Source of the DNA: a virus
Length of the DNA: 39,323 nucleotides
Strand: one strand, 5' to 3'
IMG/VR virus record: IMGVR_UViG_3300045201_000011
Coordinates: 1-39,323 of that record
The position numbers and the translations under genes are program-made. Positions 5,155 through 14,387 of the stretch are shown here, in pieces. The notes under the pieces were generated by a model. The model searched no databases. It had not been told where the DNA came from and saw only the letters and a program-made list of their open reading frames with translations. The stretch's first letter is position 1. Each line of letters starts with the position of its first letter.

Positions 5155-5945
5155 GCCCTAACCTGCATTGATATGCAGTAGTGGATAGAATGTAGTCCTA
5201 TTCAATTGTCAAAGAACTCAGAGGCTTAGCCCCTGCCCTTCCCGGCGTTTGCCGTTCGGTGATTTGGTTTATATCCACTAGTGCATAGATACGCAATAGC
5301 GAAAATGAAAAAATAGACACGCTATCCATCTTTTTTGGATAAGTGCCTGAATTTATTGAAAAGGAAATGCCACAAGCCCGCCACATGGGAACATGAAGAC
5401 GGCTAATGTTAGCGCCTTGAGGTGGCTTGAGGGCGACCAGTGGCGGCATGAGGTGGCGAAAAGGGCAGACGTGGAGACACTGAGACACGCACAGAAAGCC
5501 ACAAGCCTGCCCGCCTGCATTGCATCGGAAGCACTAGCGGAAGCCTTGAGCCTGCCCCCCGGTGATGCTCAGTCTCTTTGAAGTCCAGCAAATGCAGGGC
5601 TTACGGGAAACGTGTGGCGGATTTAGTGGCAAACGTGTGTGCCCGCGAGCCTTTACCGCGCACAGTGAGCGCCTGCTCGTGCCTTTCACCGCGCCCCCAC
5701 GGGGGGTACGCGCGCTGCCCCTCTATCGATTGCCGCCTCGGATTTTTTCGGGGAAATAGCCGCTACCCTTAGGGCATCACAAAGCATCCCTCAGGTTGAC
5801 TCAGGGAAGCTCGTGGGAAGCGGAGAAGCTCTAGGGTGAAGGAATGTAATAGGTGAACCTCAAGGCTCTCTGTGAGTCTCTGAGGCTGATTGTAGGTATT
5901 GACTTTCCCTACGAAGGCGTAAGCCTGAGAAGGGAAAGGGCGATC
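5155..5945. other. Long non-coding, short-repeat-dense region (candidate genome-end / concatemer-junction and early control region)
   Basis: No convincing ORF. Short direct repeats: GCCACAAGCC(C/T)GCC x2, GAGGTGGC x2, AACGTGTG x2, CCTTT(A/C)ACCGCGC x2, GGGAAGC x2. GC hairpin CCCCCACGGGGG. Confidence 0.5.
5184..5212 (-). promoter_or_regulatory. Candidate host-type early promoter (TTGACA-N17-TCTATC), overlapping a GTGGATA-box
   Basis: Minus strand has a perfect TTGACA (5212-5207), a 17-nt spacer and TCTATC (5189-5184). It faces the early small ORFs and ardA. Confidence 0.4.
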
Positions 5946-6281
5946 TCATTTTCTGCAAGGAAACAGGTTCGAACTAGCAACTTGAATTGCCAACGTAACA
6001 TTGTCGCCACTTCGATTTTTCAACCAAGAAACAGCTTTGATAATCTTGTCGTACGAGGTCTGTGAACGTCCTAAAGCAGGAGGCGGGCAACCAACAAGGC
6101 TAGGCGAAGCGGTATCCAGCACACCGTCAATATATCCCCAGCATCGATCTGTTGAGGCGTTACTCTCGAATTTACAAATGGAAAGGAACTCACCAATCTT
6201 CATCTTGGCGTAAGCGGGGTTAGCAGGAATGGCTAACACGATGGAGACTGATAGGAGAAGGCTTGAAACTAAGCGAGACAA
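5946..6281 (-). CDS. Secreted/periplasmic protein resembling Rap1a/Tai-type T6SS amidase immunity proteins
   Basis: 111 aa with a TTG start (AAGG upstream). Signal peptide MSRLVSSLLLSVSIVLAIPANPAYA. Mature part has the remembered family pattern: GEFLSIC...C-W-GYIDGVLD...GCPP...WL...LFPC. Confidence 0.5.
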   Translation of the reverse strand: MSRLVSSLLLSVSIVLAIPANPAYAKMKIGEFLSICKFESNASTDRCWGYIDGVLDTASPSLVGCPPPALGRSQTSYDKIIKAVSWLKNRSGDNVTLAIQVASSNLFPCRK

Positions 6282-6386
6282 TTAATAGTACCTTATGATG
6301 ATGGTCTGCCATCCTTAGCCTCTCAGAAGTCGAGAGGAAAGCCATGGAAATGATCATATACATAAGTAATTGAACCGGGCCTCCTC

Positions 6387-6404
6387 CTATGGTGAGGGGT
6401 AATT
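6387..6404 (-). promoter_or_regulatory. Phage RNAP promoter P1 (AATTACCCCTCACCATAG)
   Basis: 18/18 to the in-window consensus. Lies between the large-terminase stop and the Rap1a-like gene. Confidence 0.85.
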
Positions 6405-6452
6405 GGTTTGGCGAAAAAATAGGCAGGAGCAATGAATGCTCCCACCTAAATG

Positions 6453-8141
6453 CTAGTTAAGCCAGCCGCTTTCGTCCTTGCTATCGTGCCCACGATTACG
6501 TTGTACGAGGTCCATGAACTCCTGCAAGGCTTGGTCCCTCAAGTTCTCCACATGCTCGTCATGGGCCTTCTCTGTGTCTCTCGCCATGCTTTCAGCCCAG
6601 TAGCCTACAGCCATCGCCAACACGTCAAGACGGTCATCCTTAGCTAGAGAGCCACGGTCACGGGTGATGCGAGAGAGCTGATACATGAGCTGACGCTGAG
6701 GTTCAGCGGTCATCTTATGGTCAACCTCAATGACCTTCTGATCGAACACAAGCCGGTGCTGATTCATGATCGGCTCAAGGGTGTCGCATATGCGGCGTTC
6801 TTTCTGCTGACTGTGCTTCACCTCCTCTATACCTACAGCATAGATTCGGGACACGATTGGCTTGAGAAGCTGCGTGAACATGCCATCACCGAAGTTAGCT
6901 TCGACAATGATCTTGTTAACGCTGTGCGTCTTAGCCAGGACTGCCAGCCCCTTGAGGGTTGCTTCGCTGTAACCTTCCTTGAAGCCGCCTGATGCGACAA
7001 CGAAGAGGAAGCCATTAAGCTGCTTTACGATAGCGTAAGCGGTTTCGTCCTTGCCACGTCCTGAGGGGTCAATTGCCATGACACAACCGGAATACTCGGT
7101 CATCTCGTTCGATACCCACATAGGACGGAAGTAGGCATCGCCATTCAAGCCGACCATTGGAAGGTCGAGACGCTTATCAATATCCGAGGTCCAGACAAGC
7201 TTCACAGGCGCCATACGAGGGTCAAGCGAGGTAACCATAAGGTCACGGAACTTGAGCGGGTAGCGGTCCTGATCTGAGAGAGAGGTATCAAGCATGAACT
7301 GGAGAGCGAAGCCTGATCGACCATACGATGCTTCACGTTCCTGCAAGTCGAGGTCATGGAAGCGCTTCGGGTCAACTGGAGTACCTGCCCCCGCACCGTT
7401 CATAATCAACTGACTAACGAACGGAGCCAAACGTCCAAGGTACTTATCGGGATTTTCAGGGATACGGGCAGGCCAGACACGGATTTCATAGCCACGTTCA
7501 GGAAGTCGGTTATAAATCGACATTTCCGTCTGAGGCGTTCCGAGATAGATCACTCGGCCTCCGGGCTTTAGAACCGCGTCGAACTCCTTAATTCGCTCGG
7601 CCAACAAATCTCGCATCGTCGCGGTCATCGCATTGTTCAAGCTTTCAACGTCATCAGCAATGATCACGTCCGCACGAGAGCCGGTTAGCTGGCCGGTAAT
7701 GCCCACAGACTTAACCGAGGGCGACTGCGAAGCGCCTGCCGGTCCTACGTCAAAAGCAATATTACTATCACGCTGGCCTTTCCCCGGCTTGAGGTGAGCC
7801 AATATAGGCATCTCGGCAATCAGTCGCTTCGTGAATGTCGAGAACGCATCAGCGCGGTCTTTTGCAGCCGATACGACCATAATGTTGAGCTGAGGATTAT
7901 TTAGGAGCAGCCAACAAACGAAGGCACTTGTTACCCAGCTCTTACCTACGCCACGGAAGGCTTGAATGACGGAGCGCTTTGGCCCCTTCTGGAGATACTG
8001 AGCCATGTCATATTGCGTATCGGTTGGCTCGGGGAGATTAAGGTGCTGCCAGACTAGGAAGAGGAAGTTCCTGAAATCACGGCGCACGGGGTCGATTGGC
8101 GTCAAGCTCGTACTTGAAGCGCCATTAGATTGTACGTTCAT
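6453..8141 (-). CDS. Terminase large subunit (T7 gp19-like)
   Basis: ORF track gives 6453..8198. Start trimmed to ATG 8141 (MNVQSNG...). Walker-A-like FRGVGKSW, plus position and size typical of T7-type maturase B. Confidence 0.85.
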   Translation of the reverse strand: MNVQSNGASSTSLTPIDPVRRDFRNFLFLVWQHLNLPEPTDTQYDMAQYLQKGPKRSVIQAFRGVGKSWVTSAFVCWLLLNNPQLNIMVVSAAKDRADAFSTFTKRLIAEMPILAHLKPGKGQRDSNIAFDVGPAGASQSPSVKSVGITGQLTGSRADVIIADDVESLNNAMTATMRDLLAERIKEFDAVLKPGGRVIYLGTPQTEMSIYNRLPERGYEIRVWPARIPENPDKYLGRLAPFVSQLIMNGAGAGTPVDPKRFHDLDLQEREASYGRSGFALQFMLDTSLSDQDRYPLKFRDLMVTSLDPRMAPVKLVWTSDIDKRLDLPMVGLNGDAYFRPMWVSNEMTEYSGCVMAIDPSGRGKDETAYAIVKQLNGFLFVVASGGFKEGYSEATLKGLAVLAKTHSVNKIIVEANFGDGMFTQLLKPIVSRIYAVGIEEVKHSQQKERRICDTLEPIMNQHRLVFDQKVIEVDHKMTAEPQRQLMYQLSRITRDRGSLAKDDRLDVLAMAVGYWAESMARDTEKAHDEHVENLRDQALQEFMDLVQRNRGHDSKDESGWLN

Positions 8142-8169
8142 ATCGGTGCCTAGGAGACTCCGTGGATAG

Positions 8170-8205
8170 CAAAAAAGGCCAGACAGGTGATTACCCATCT
8201 GGCCT
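8170..8205 (-). terminator. Intrinsic-terminator-like hairpin between the small and large terminase genes
   Basis: Minus strand reads AGGCCAGA-loop-UCUGGCCU followed by UUUUUUGC. Confidence 0.5.
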
Positions 8206-8233
8206 TATGAAAAGCGCTCACGGAGCCGCTATG

Positions 8234-8476
8234 TTAGTTCGGGAGATACCCTGCGGTTTCATCCACGGTGTCTTCGGTGAATGGAAGGTTTGCCGCATGG
8301 TTCAGTCGATCAAGCGGGTTGCCGTCCTTGGGAATACTGTCCACGCCATTGTCTTTAAGGAACTGACGCACCACCGAAAGGTCGGAGGCTGTAGCCTCTC
8401 CGCTTTTCACGCGGGTTAGAAGCTCCTCTGCAAGGGCAGAGTGGAGAGAATCCATGATTTCTTTCATGTTACTCAT
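8234..8476 (-). CDS. Terminase small subunit (T7 gp18-like)
   Basis: 80 aa, immediately upstream of the large subunit. The ...ATASDLSVVRQFLKDNGV... motif is recalled from T7-group small terminases. Confidence 0.6.
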   Translation of the reverse strand: MSNMKEIMDSLHSALAEELLTRVKSGEATASDLSVVRQFLKDNGVDSIPKDGNPLDRLNHAANLPFTEDTVDETAGYLPN

Positions 8477-8715
8477 CGGAATATGAAGCCTTTGATTTCA
8501 TCCGCGAACATTGTGAGACCGGCAGCGATGACTACCCAGCTCCAGCGTACGGAAGCAAAGAAGCCTGTCTGCTGCTGTTTAGCGTTCTCAAGTTGCGTAA
8601 TGCGTTCATCTTGCTCATCAAGACGATTGTTCATCGTCCCCTGCTGGGAGAGCAAAGTGTCAACCTTGCCCTCCAGTCTTCCGAACATGAGGTAGAAGTT
8701 CGGGTCTTTGTCCAT
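8473..8715 (-). CDS. Small membrane protein at the T7 gene-17.5 position (holin candidate)
   Basis: 80 aa with a coiled-coil-like N-half and a C-terminal TM segment WSWVVIAAGLTMFA. Overlaps the terS start by 4 nt. Confidence 0.45.
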   Translation of the reverse strand: MDKDPNFYLMFGRLEGKVDTLLSQQGTMNNRLDEQDERITQLENAKQQQTGFFASVRWSWVVIAAGLTMFADEIKGFIFR

Positions 8716-8723
8716 CAGTTATT

Positions 8724-8924
8724 CTACTGCTCTAAGTTGGCTGGTTGCACCCACTCATTGAGTTCGATGCTCCATTCCCAGTCGTTGCCTTCTATGGGTG
8801 GAGCTGTGACCTTAATAATATCAGGGTCAGTGTCATCAACAGGCTGATTTGCTCTTGCAGCCACAACTCGAATTGCACGTTTCTTTTTGTTCCAGAAGTA
8901 GTGATCTACTATTATATCTGTCAT
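8724..8924 (-). CDS. Hypothetical protein (67 aa)
   Basis: ORF track gives 8724..8969. Start trimmed to ATG 8924 (MTDIIVDHYF...), just after the tail-fiber stop. Confidence 0.45.
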   Translation of the reverse strand: MTDIIVDHYFWNKKKRAIRVVAARANQPVDDTDPDIIKVTAPPIEGNDWEWSIELNEWVQPANLEQ

Positions 8925-8928
8925 TACT

Positions 8929-10536
8929 TTAAATCCCGAAATACCGTCCGGTCCATGTGTAAGAGCCACTACCTGAACGCTCTAAGCGGACAGATTCCCA
9001 CGGTCGAACTTTCATGAAAGAACCCGTAGAAGCCTGCTCGCCAGTCGTGGTGTTCCAGACACGGAGGCCAATTGTGTTTGTGGTTGTCATTGTGCTCTGT
9101 ACGATCAATGTCGCGTTGGTGTTGTTTTGCCACTCGGCACCGTGACTATTCAGGCTCGTACTACCCGTAATAAATCCAGCAGGAGAACGATTGGTCGATT
9201 CCTGTACCGCCCAATCGCGGCACCGCATTTCAATCCAGTCGTAAAGATAGCCACCGCCCCAGCGCGCACCGCTCAAGTTTCCATCCTGATAGAAGGTAGC
9301 GCTTCCGCCGCCTGCCTGAACAACCTCACCCGCCTGAATACGCCCACCGGCATAAATCCAAGAACCAGCTCGAATATCACCATCAGCTCTAAATTCACCG
9401 CTTGGGGTAAATGTGAAATACTTCCCAGCTAAGCCGTCAGCGTTCATGTGGAAAATCTGGTAACTCGTAGCTTGAGAGTTGTTCCCGGTATTAATAATCC
9501 CCTGAGTCCAGAAGCCCGCCCAACTACCTGTGCTGTAGTAATTAATCAAAGCTGGCGCAAAAACATTCCCTGAGACGGACGCCTGCACACGAAACGGTGA
9601 GCCTCGCTTGATGGTATCAGCGTAGCTCCCGCCCCATACGTCACCCCAAAAACCACTCGTAGCAATATTGCCTCGACTGTCTGCGCCTTTAAGCGAGCCT
9701 GTGAGGGTGCCGCCTGCGTGATTAAGTTTGGTGTCTGCATATTCCTTAGTAGCAAACTTCTGGTCTGCATCGGGTTTCTTGTAGTAACTATTAGGGTCGA
9801 AGTTGCCTACACGTTCAGCACTAGCGGCTGCGGCATCTGCCCACTCTTTCGCTTTGTCCTCATGACCTTTTGCAGCAGTCAAAGATGCTTTTGCTGATAC
9901 ATCGCTCGCGGTTGCACTTGTCGCTTTTTCCGAAGCAATCTTTTCGTGGCCCTCGGCTTTATTTGCCATGAGTGTGGCTCGACTATCTGAGCCGTCCGCC
10001 CGATTTGCGGCTGCAATTGCGCCAGCCTCTCTTTGTCCTGCAACCGTTGCGGAAGAATTGGCAGCAGCGGCTTTCTGTGTTGCCTGCTGTAATTGAGAGG
10101 ACATTGCTGTTTCGGCCCAGCGTTTTGTAACGGCGTCTTGGCCGTTCACTGGGTCGGCTAGAAGAGTAATACGGCGGTTCAAGGCACTAAATTGCCCGTC
10201 TTCCGTGACCGCCATAGATGCCGCGCCTTGGTCGAATGCTTCCTGAGAGAGGAAGAAGGATTGTAGTGTGGAGACATTCAGGTCCGTCTCTACGAGTGTA
10301 GAGCCGTCTCGAAAGGTGACCAGTCTTTGAACTCTCGGTGTTGTTCGTCGGACCTCGACAACTGAACCCATTGGAGGGGCAGTCACCGTCTGAACGCGGT
10401 ACGTATCAATCCAATTGAACGACACGTCCACGCCATCAACCTTCACCTTGACATGTGTTCGAGAGAGGTAGTCACAAGGAACGTCAAAGTTCTTATTGAC
10501 GCCATCGCCTTGCGAGTGTGCGTAAGAAAGAGGCAT
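8929..10536 (-). CDS. Tail fiber protein (T7 gp17-like N-terminal adaptor domain)
   Basis: 535 aa. The N-terminus MPLSYAHSQGDGVNKNFDVPCDYLSRTHVKVKVDG... fits the T7 tail-fiber N-domain pattern. Located after the internal core genes. Confidence 0.8.
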   Translation of the reverse strand: MPLSYAHSQGDGVNKNFDVPCDYLSRTHVKVKVDGVDVSFNWIDTYRVQTVTAPPMGSVVEVRRTTPRVQRLVTFRDGSTLVETDLNVSTLQSFFLSQEAFDQGAASMAVTEDGQFSALNRRITLLADPVNGQDAVTKRWAETAMSSQLQQATQKAAAANSSATVAGQREAGAIAAANRADGSDSRATLMANKAEGHEKIASEKATSATASDVSAKASLTAAKGHEDKAKEWADAAAASAERVGNFDPNSYYKKPDADQKFATKEYADTKLNHAGGTLTGSLKGADSRGNIATSGFWGDVWGGSYADTIKRGSPFRVQASVSGNVFAPALINYYSTGSWAGFWTQGIINTGNNSQATSYQIFHMNADGLAGKYFTFTPSGEFRADGDIRAGSWIYAGGRIQAGEVVQAGGGSATFYQDGNLSGARWGGGYLYDWIEMRCRDWAVQESTNRSPAGFITGSTSLNSHGAEWQNNTNATLIVQSTMTTTNTIGLRVWNTTTGEQASTGSFMKVRPWESVRLERSGSGSYTWTGRYFGI

Positions 10537-10547
10537 TTAATTTTCCA

Positions 10548-10584
10548 TAAAGAAAAGCCCCTGTCACCAGTGATGACAAGGGCT
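10548..10584 (-). terminator. Terminator-like hairpin upstream of the tail fiber gene
   Basis: Minus strand reads AGCCCUUGUCA-UCACUGG-UGACAGGGGCU followed by UUUUCUUUAU. Confidence 0.45.
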
Positions 10585-10606
10585 GGGATATTGTGAGTGC
10601 TGAAAA

Positions 10607-13600
10607 TCAGCGTTTACGTGACCACTCCGGTAAGGGACTGATCATCAATGAGGTTAGCTGTGCGATACCGCTGAGGTTATTGAACGGGAGCAAACGAAGG
10701 TAATTTCGGGCGTCTGCCTGCGAGAACTCTTTACCACGGGCAACATTCTGGCCGAACGTGTCGAGGGCTTTAAAACCGCCCGCCAATAGATCAGCAGAAG
10801 GGTTCCCTGTGATCACGTCAGAACCAAGCTGACTTGAGCGATTATCAAAGAATGGTCCGAAGCCTAACGGAGGAGCAATCGTAGAATCCCAAACAGCAGG
10901 CAATATGCTTGCCCATGATGAATATTGTACCCCGGCAGCAGCCATTCTTCCTAAGGTGAGTTGTTTTTCCAGATACTCGTCACGGTCACTTCGCCCCATA
11001 GCGTTAACGTGGGTTCGAGCTATGTAAACCAAGCTTGCCGCTACAGTCGTGCCGAGGAATGACATTGCAGTACTACTGTCTCGGAAGTTCAAGCCCTGCA
11101 TAAGTTGCTTTGAATAAGCGGAGAGTGTGAATGAGCGGAACTGGAGAAACGTACGCGCAAGCGGCTTACTCATCCACATCGCCATCTGGCCTATATCGTT
11201 TTCTTGAATGATCGTTCGACCAAGCCGGAAAGCTGCCGCTTCAAACTTTGCTACGGCATCCCGATCTGTCCACTTATTGAAGTTCATGGCTTTTAGCCGG
11301 GAGCCGTCGAACGAAGCATTTTCCCGGATACTCTTAAAGATCGCCTCACTGTCTGCCGAAGTCAGCCCAAGAGCTTCTAAACGGCGTGTGGTCATTTTCT
11401 GACCGCCTTGAGCCATCTGTGCGAACCTGTTGAAGATCGCCCGCCCTGTCCAACGCTGGAGAACCGTGTTGATTGGTGCCATCCCGGAGAGAGCGCTTAC
11501 TCCCCGCTTGCCCTTCTGCAACGCATCATCCAAACCTTTCACATACTTGTTCTGAATTTGATCAAGCGGGTTGTCGAAGAGGTCTGTTCGGCGGTGCGTG
11601 TCATGGCGAACCCAGTCAGTTCCGAGGGACGTTATGTCCTCAATCTCCTGAGCGAGTGCATCATCAAGCTTCCCTGTACGTGCATTGCGCCACATAGAAC
11701 GAAGCGAAGGCATGTTCGTGAATGCTGCTTTCAACCCAAGGTGTGAAACCGTATTTGCACTTTCGGAAAGCATTGACCAACCAACTTGCCCCATGACACG
11801 GATAAAGTTGTAATCGCGTGTCATTCGAAGAAACTGGTTCCATTTACCGCCCTCTTCCCAATGAGGCTTACCTACAACCGTGTCGTAAACCCAGTCGAGT
11901 TGTTTCAATGCATGAGCGGTTTCCGCTTGGTGGCCTCGTGCATCGCCAACATCACGCATCTGGTCTTTAAGCTTCGTCCATTCTCCGTCTGAGGTGATGC
12001 CGTCAACGAAGAACTCATCCGCTAGGTCGCCCTCTTTCCACTTCGGGTTCCTGATCTGCATACGAGCCATCGCCACGCGCCCGGACATTTGCCGATTATA
12101 GCCGCGCATGAGGCTGTCTGCGTCATTCACAAACAAGTCTGAGATACGGAAGAAATCATGGCCTGTGCCATCAGTGCGGGGAATATTCATCCCGAAGTCT
12201 TCATCAAACAATGCGCGGGCTTTACCGTGGCGGCTTGCACCGTCCTTCTTCCCCGGCTTCATGTGATGGATGACAGCATCAATATCTACGTCCGAAAGGT
12301 CCGTATCTTTCCTGAGGTTTTCTTTAAGCAGTTCAAGGTCTTCCCCTGAGAAAGCACGGGAGTTCGTCTGTAGCTCGCCCGCTGAAACCGAATGAACTTT
12401 CTTGACATAACCGTAAGCAAACTTCTCAGCCGCTTCCGCACTAATGTCCTTGTTCACTTCCCGGATGCCTGCACCGATGAGCTTTGACAATGTTCGATGC
12501 CCATAAGTTGATAGAGCATTCTGGACGCCGCCCATGTCGAATATGCGGGGAACATAGAAGTCATTTCGAGTTTGTCCCTCGAAACCCCTGACAGCTCGTA
12601 AGGTGCGCCCATCGATTGCGCCGGGATTAGCTGCGACTTCTGCCCAGTCACCCAGCACTTCTCGCATCATGGAACCCTGAGCTTTCACCGCTGGGTCATA
12701 TTCAACCATGACTTCCCGATCACGAACGAAAGCTGTCACGTCACGGTTGAAGTCGTCGCGGGTCTTGTTCGGGTTGCGCTTGGCATACTGTTTCCAGTTC
12801 GCTTGCGATGATGCCGACCATTTTGCATCAGCCCTGAGCTGGAGACGCTGCTGGACCTCAGATGCACCGATAGGTGTGATACCCTTTGCGTTTCGTGCGC
12901 CATCCTCGACAATATGCTCACCCACCATAGCAACCAAGTCGTTTGGATTTGTTTTCAGTGCGGATGCAACATCGAAGCGCATCTTGCCGCCAAACGTCTC
13001 AGGCCGTACCGCATCACGTAAGAAGTCAGCCGTATCATTGCGAAGGGTTTCTCTTGCACTGACCTGTGCCGCACCCGCTGTTGAACCGCCGTTCGGCATT
13101 GCTACACCATCACGGAGCTGCTTGCCGATTTCCTCAAAGCGGTTGGCTTCTATAGCAGTGGAAGGATTCTTGCGGAGCGCGCCAAAGGCACCGCCCATTC
13201 CCATGCCCATGCCGACCGCCCAGTAGAAATCACTAAGCTCAGCCGTGGGTTTACCAGCTTGGAGAAGGGCTTCCGATGCAGCCGTACCAGCCGCGCCCTC
13301 AACTGCCGTAAGGCCGATCATACCAACACGACCGAACCTTGCGCCGATAGCTGCGGGCGCTCCAAGGCCACCTGATGCCAGCGAAACACCAGCAGCAGCA
13401 GCCCATGCGAGCGGGTCAGTCAATCCAGCACCCATTCGAAGAGCCGTGCCGTAACCACCGAGAGACGCTAGGCGCTGCTCGGCTGCAACATGCTTTTCGA
13501 GGTTAGCCCTAATCTGCTGAGCATGTTCATCCGAAAGTGCATCCTCAAAGCGATTCCAGTATTGCTCCGGGATGCCCTTGGTCAAATCGTCAAAGCGTTG

Positions 13601-14344
13601 CTGGTCCATCATGAATTCAGGGTTTTCCTTAGGTCCGCCCTGATATTTCCAAACGGTCGAGAGTGACCATTCGGTATTCACCGCATCCTTAGCAGCCTGC
13701 CAGATGCCCACGTCTTCCTGATCAGCCTTGCGCTGAGCTTCTTGCTCCCGAAGTTCTGAGTTGGAAAACGGAATGCTTGGCTGGGTTGTGTCTGAGGTTG
13801 TGACGCTACCACCCGAACCACCCACGACATAATCAGTCTGAGGTTGCCCCTCGCCCGCATTAGAGAACGTGAGGCGTTCGGGAGATTGTGGTGTAACTCC
13901 GTTCAGAAGGCCGAAGACATTGTTTGCATGGGACAAGCGACCGGAATAGTTATGTCCGCCACGAGGGTTTGACCATGTGAAGCCGAAGGGACGCTCATAG
14001 CCGATCATTGCGGCTGTCGCTTCGTCAACAGTCTTGGCCTTCATTAGGTTTGCTAAAGGCCGCGTTTCTTTATTGCGAAGCTCCCAGTCAACCATCTGGA
14101 GCTGCACACGGAAATCATTCGGGTCTCCCCAGCCAGCGCTTCGGGCCTTAGCCGCGAGCGGTTGCCATCTATCAGGATGCCATTGCGCTATGCCCCAAGC
14201 CTTACCTCCATCTCCGGCAATGGTTGGGTTCAAGCTAGATTCACCCATTAGGTTGCCGATAATGCCAGCGGCTTGCGCTGAGGAGTAGCCGCGACCTGTA
14301 AAAAAGTCGTATGCAATCCTTACGTTGGGATTGTTCTTTGCCAT
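10607..14344 (-). CDS. Internal virion/core protein (T7 gp16-like) with an N-terminal peptidoglycan hydrolase domain
   Basis: 1245 aa. The N-terminus ...AQAAGIIGNLMGESSLNP...WGIAQWHPDRW is a phage tail-lysozyme-type motif. Size and position match gp16. Confidence 0.8.
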   Translation of the reverse strand: MAKNNPNVRIAYDFFTGRGYSSAQAAGIIGNLMGESSLNPTIAGDGGKAWGIAQWHPDRWQPLAAKARSAGWGDPNDFRVQLQMVDWELRNKETRPLANLMKAKTVDEATAAMIGYERPFGFTWSNPRGGHNYSGRLSHANNVFGLLNGVTPQSPERLTFSNAGEGQPQTDYVVGGSGGSVTTSDTTQPSIPFSNSELREQEAQRKADQEDVGIWQAAKDAVNTEWSLSTVWKYQGGPKENPEFMMDQQRFDDLTKGIPEQYWNRFEDALSDEHAQQIRANLEKHVAAEQRLASLGGYGTALRMGAGLTDPLAWAAAAGVSLASGGLGAPAAIGARFGRVGMIGLTAVEGAAGTAASEALLQAGKPTAELSDFYWAVGMGMGMGGAFGALRKNPSTAIEANRFEEIGKQLRDGVAMPNGGSTAGAAQVSARETLRNDTADFLRDAVRPETFGGKMRFDVASALKTNPNDLVAMVGEHIVEDGARNAKGITPIGASEVQQRLQLRADAKWSASSQANWKQYAKRNPNKTRDDFNRDVTAFVRDREVMVEYDPAVKAQGSMMREVLGDWAEVAANPGAIDGRTLRAVRGFEGQTRNDFYVPRIFDMGGVQNALSTYGHRTLSKLIGAGIREVNKDISAEAAEKFAYGYVKKVHSVSAGELQTNSRAFSGEDLELLKENLRKDTDLSDVDIDAVIHHMKPGKKDGASRHGKARALFDEDFGMNIPRTDGTGHDFFRISDLFVNDADSLMRGYNRQMSGRVAMARMQIRNPKWKEGDLADEFFVDGITSDGEWTKLKDQMRDVGDARGHQAETAHALKQLDWVYDTVVGKPHWEEGGKWNQFLRMTRDYNFIRVMGQVGWSMLSESANTVSHLGLKAAFTNMPSLRSMWRNARTGKLDDALAQEIEDITSLGTDWVRHDTHRRTDLFDNPLDQIQNKYVKGLDDALQKGKRGVSALSGMAPINTVLQRWTGRAIFNRFAQMAQGGQKMTTRRLEALGLTSADSEAIFKSIRENASFDGSRLKAMNFNKWTDRDAVAKFEAAAFRLGRTIIQENDIGQMAMWMSKPLARTFLQFRSFTLSAYSKQLMQGLNFRDSSTAMSFLGTTVAASLVYIARTHVNAMGRSDRDEYLEKQLTLGRMAAAGVQYSSWASILPAVWDSTIAPPLGFGPFFDNRSSQLGSDVITGNPSADLLAGGFKALDTFGQNVARGKEFSQADARNYLRLLPFNNLSGIAQLTSLMISPLPEWSRKR

Positions 14345-14365
14345 TTGGGTGTCCTTAAAAGAGAA

Positions 14366-14385
14366 AGGCCACCCGAAGGTGACCT
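14366..14385 (-). other. Stable UUCG-tetraloop hairpin between the core-protein genes
   Basis: Minus strand reads AGGUCACC-UUCG-GGUGGCCU, then UUCUCUUUU. Confidence 0.4.
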
Positions 14386-14387
14386 AG

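Noticed and set aside
5130-5175. GGUUAGGGCUUAGCCCUUAGG segment, checked against the pistol-ribozyme pattern (P1 hexaloop UUAGGG pairing with CCCUAA).
   Set aside because: The flanks of UUAGGG do not form a P1 helix, and no matching CCCUAA pseudoknot partner lies at the right distance. The resemblance is superficial.
5198-5772. Five overlapping 60-96-aa ORFs on both strands in the 5.2-5.8 kb region.
   Set aside because: They are mutually overlapping, Arg/Pro/Cys-rich and without RBS, and they sit in a repeat-dense non-coding block. Treated as non-coding.
12708-13226. 172-aa plus-strand ORF. The same applies to 15651..16142, 20867..21349, 24430..24966, 37092..37871, 38136..38582 and many shorter antisense ORFs.
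   Set aside because: They lie entirely inside long, well-supported minus-strand genes (gp16, gp15, capsid, portal, RNAP). They have low-complexity Ser/Arg/Ala-rich translations and no RBS. These are shadow ORFs.
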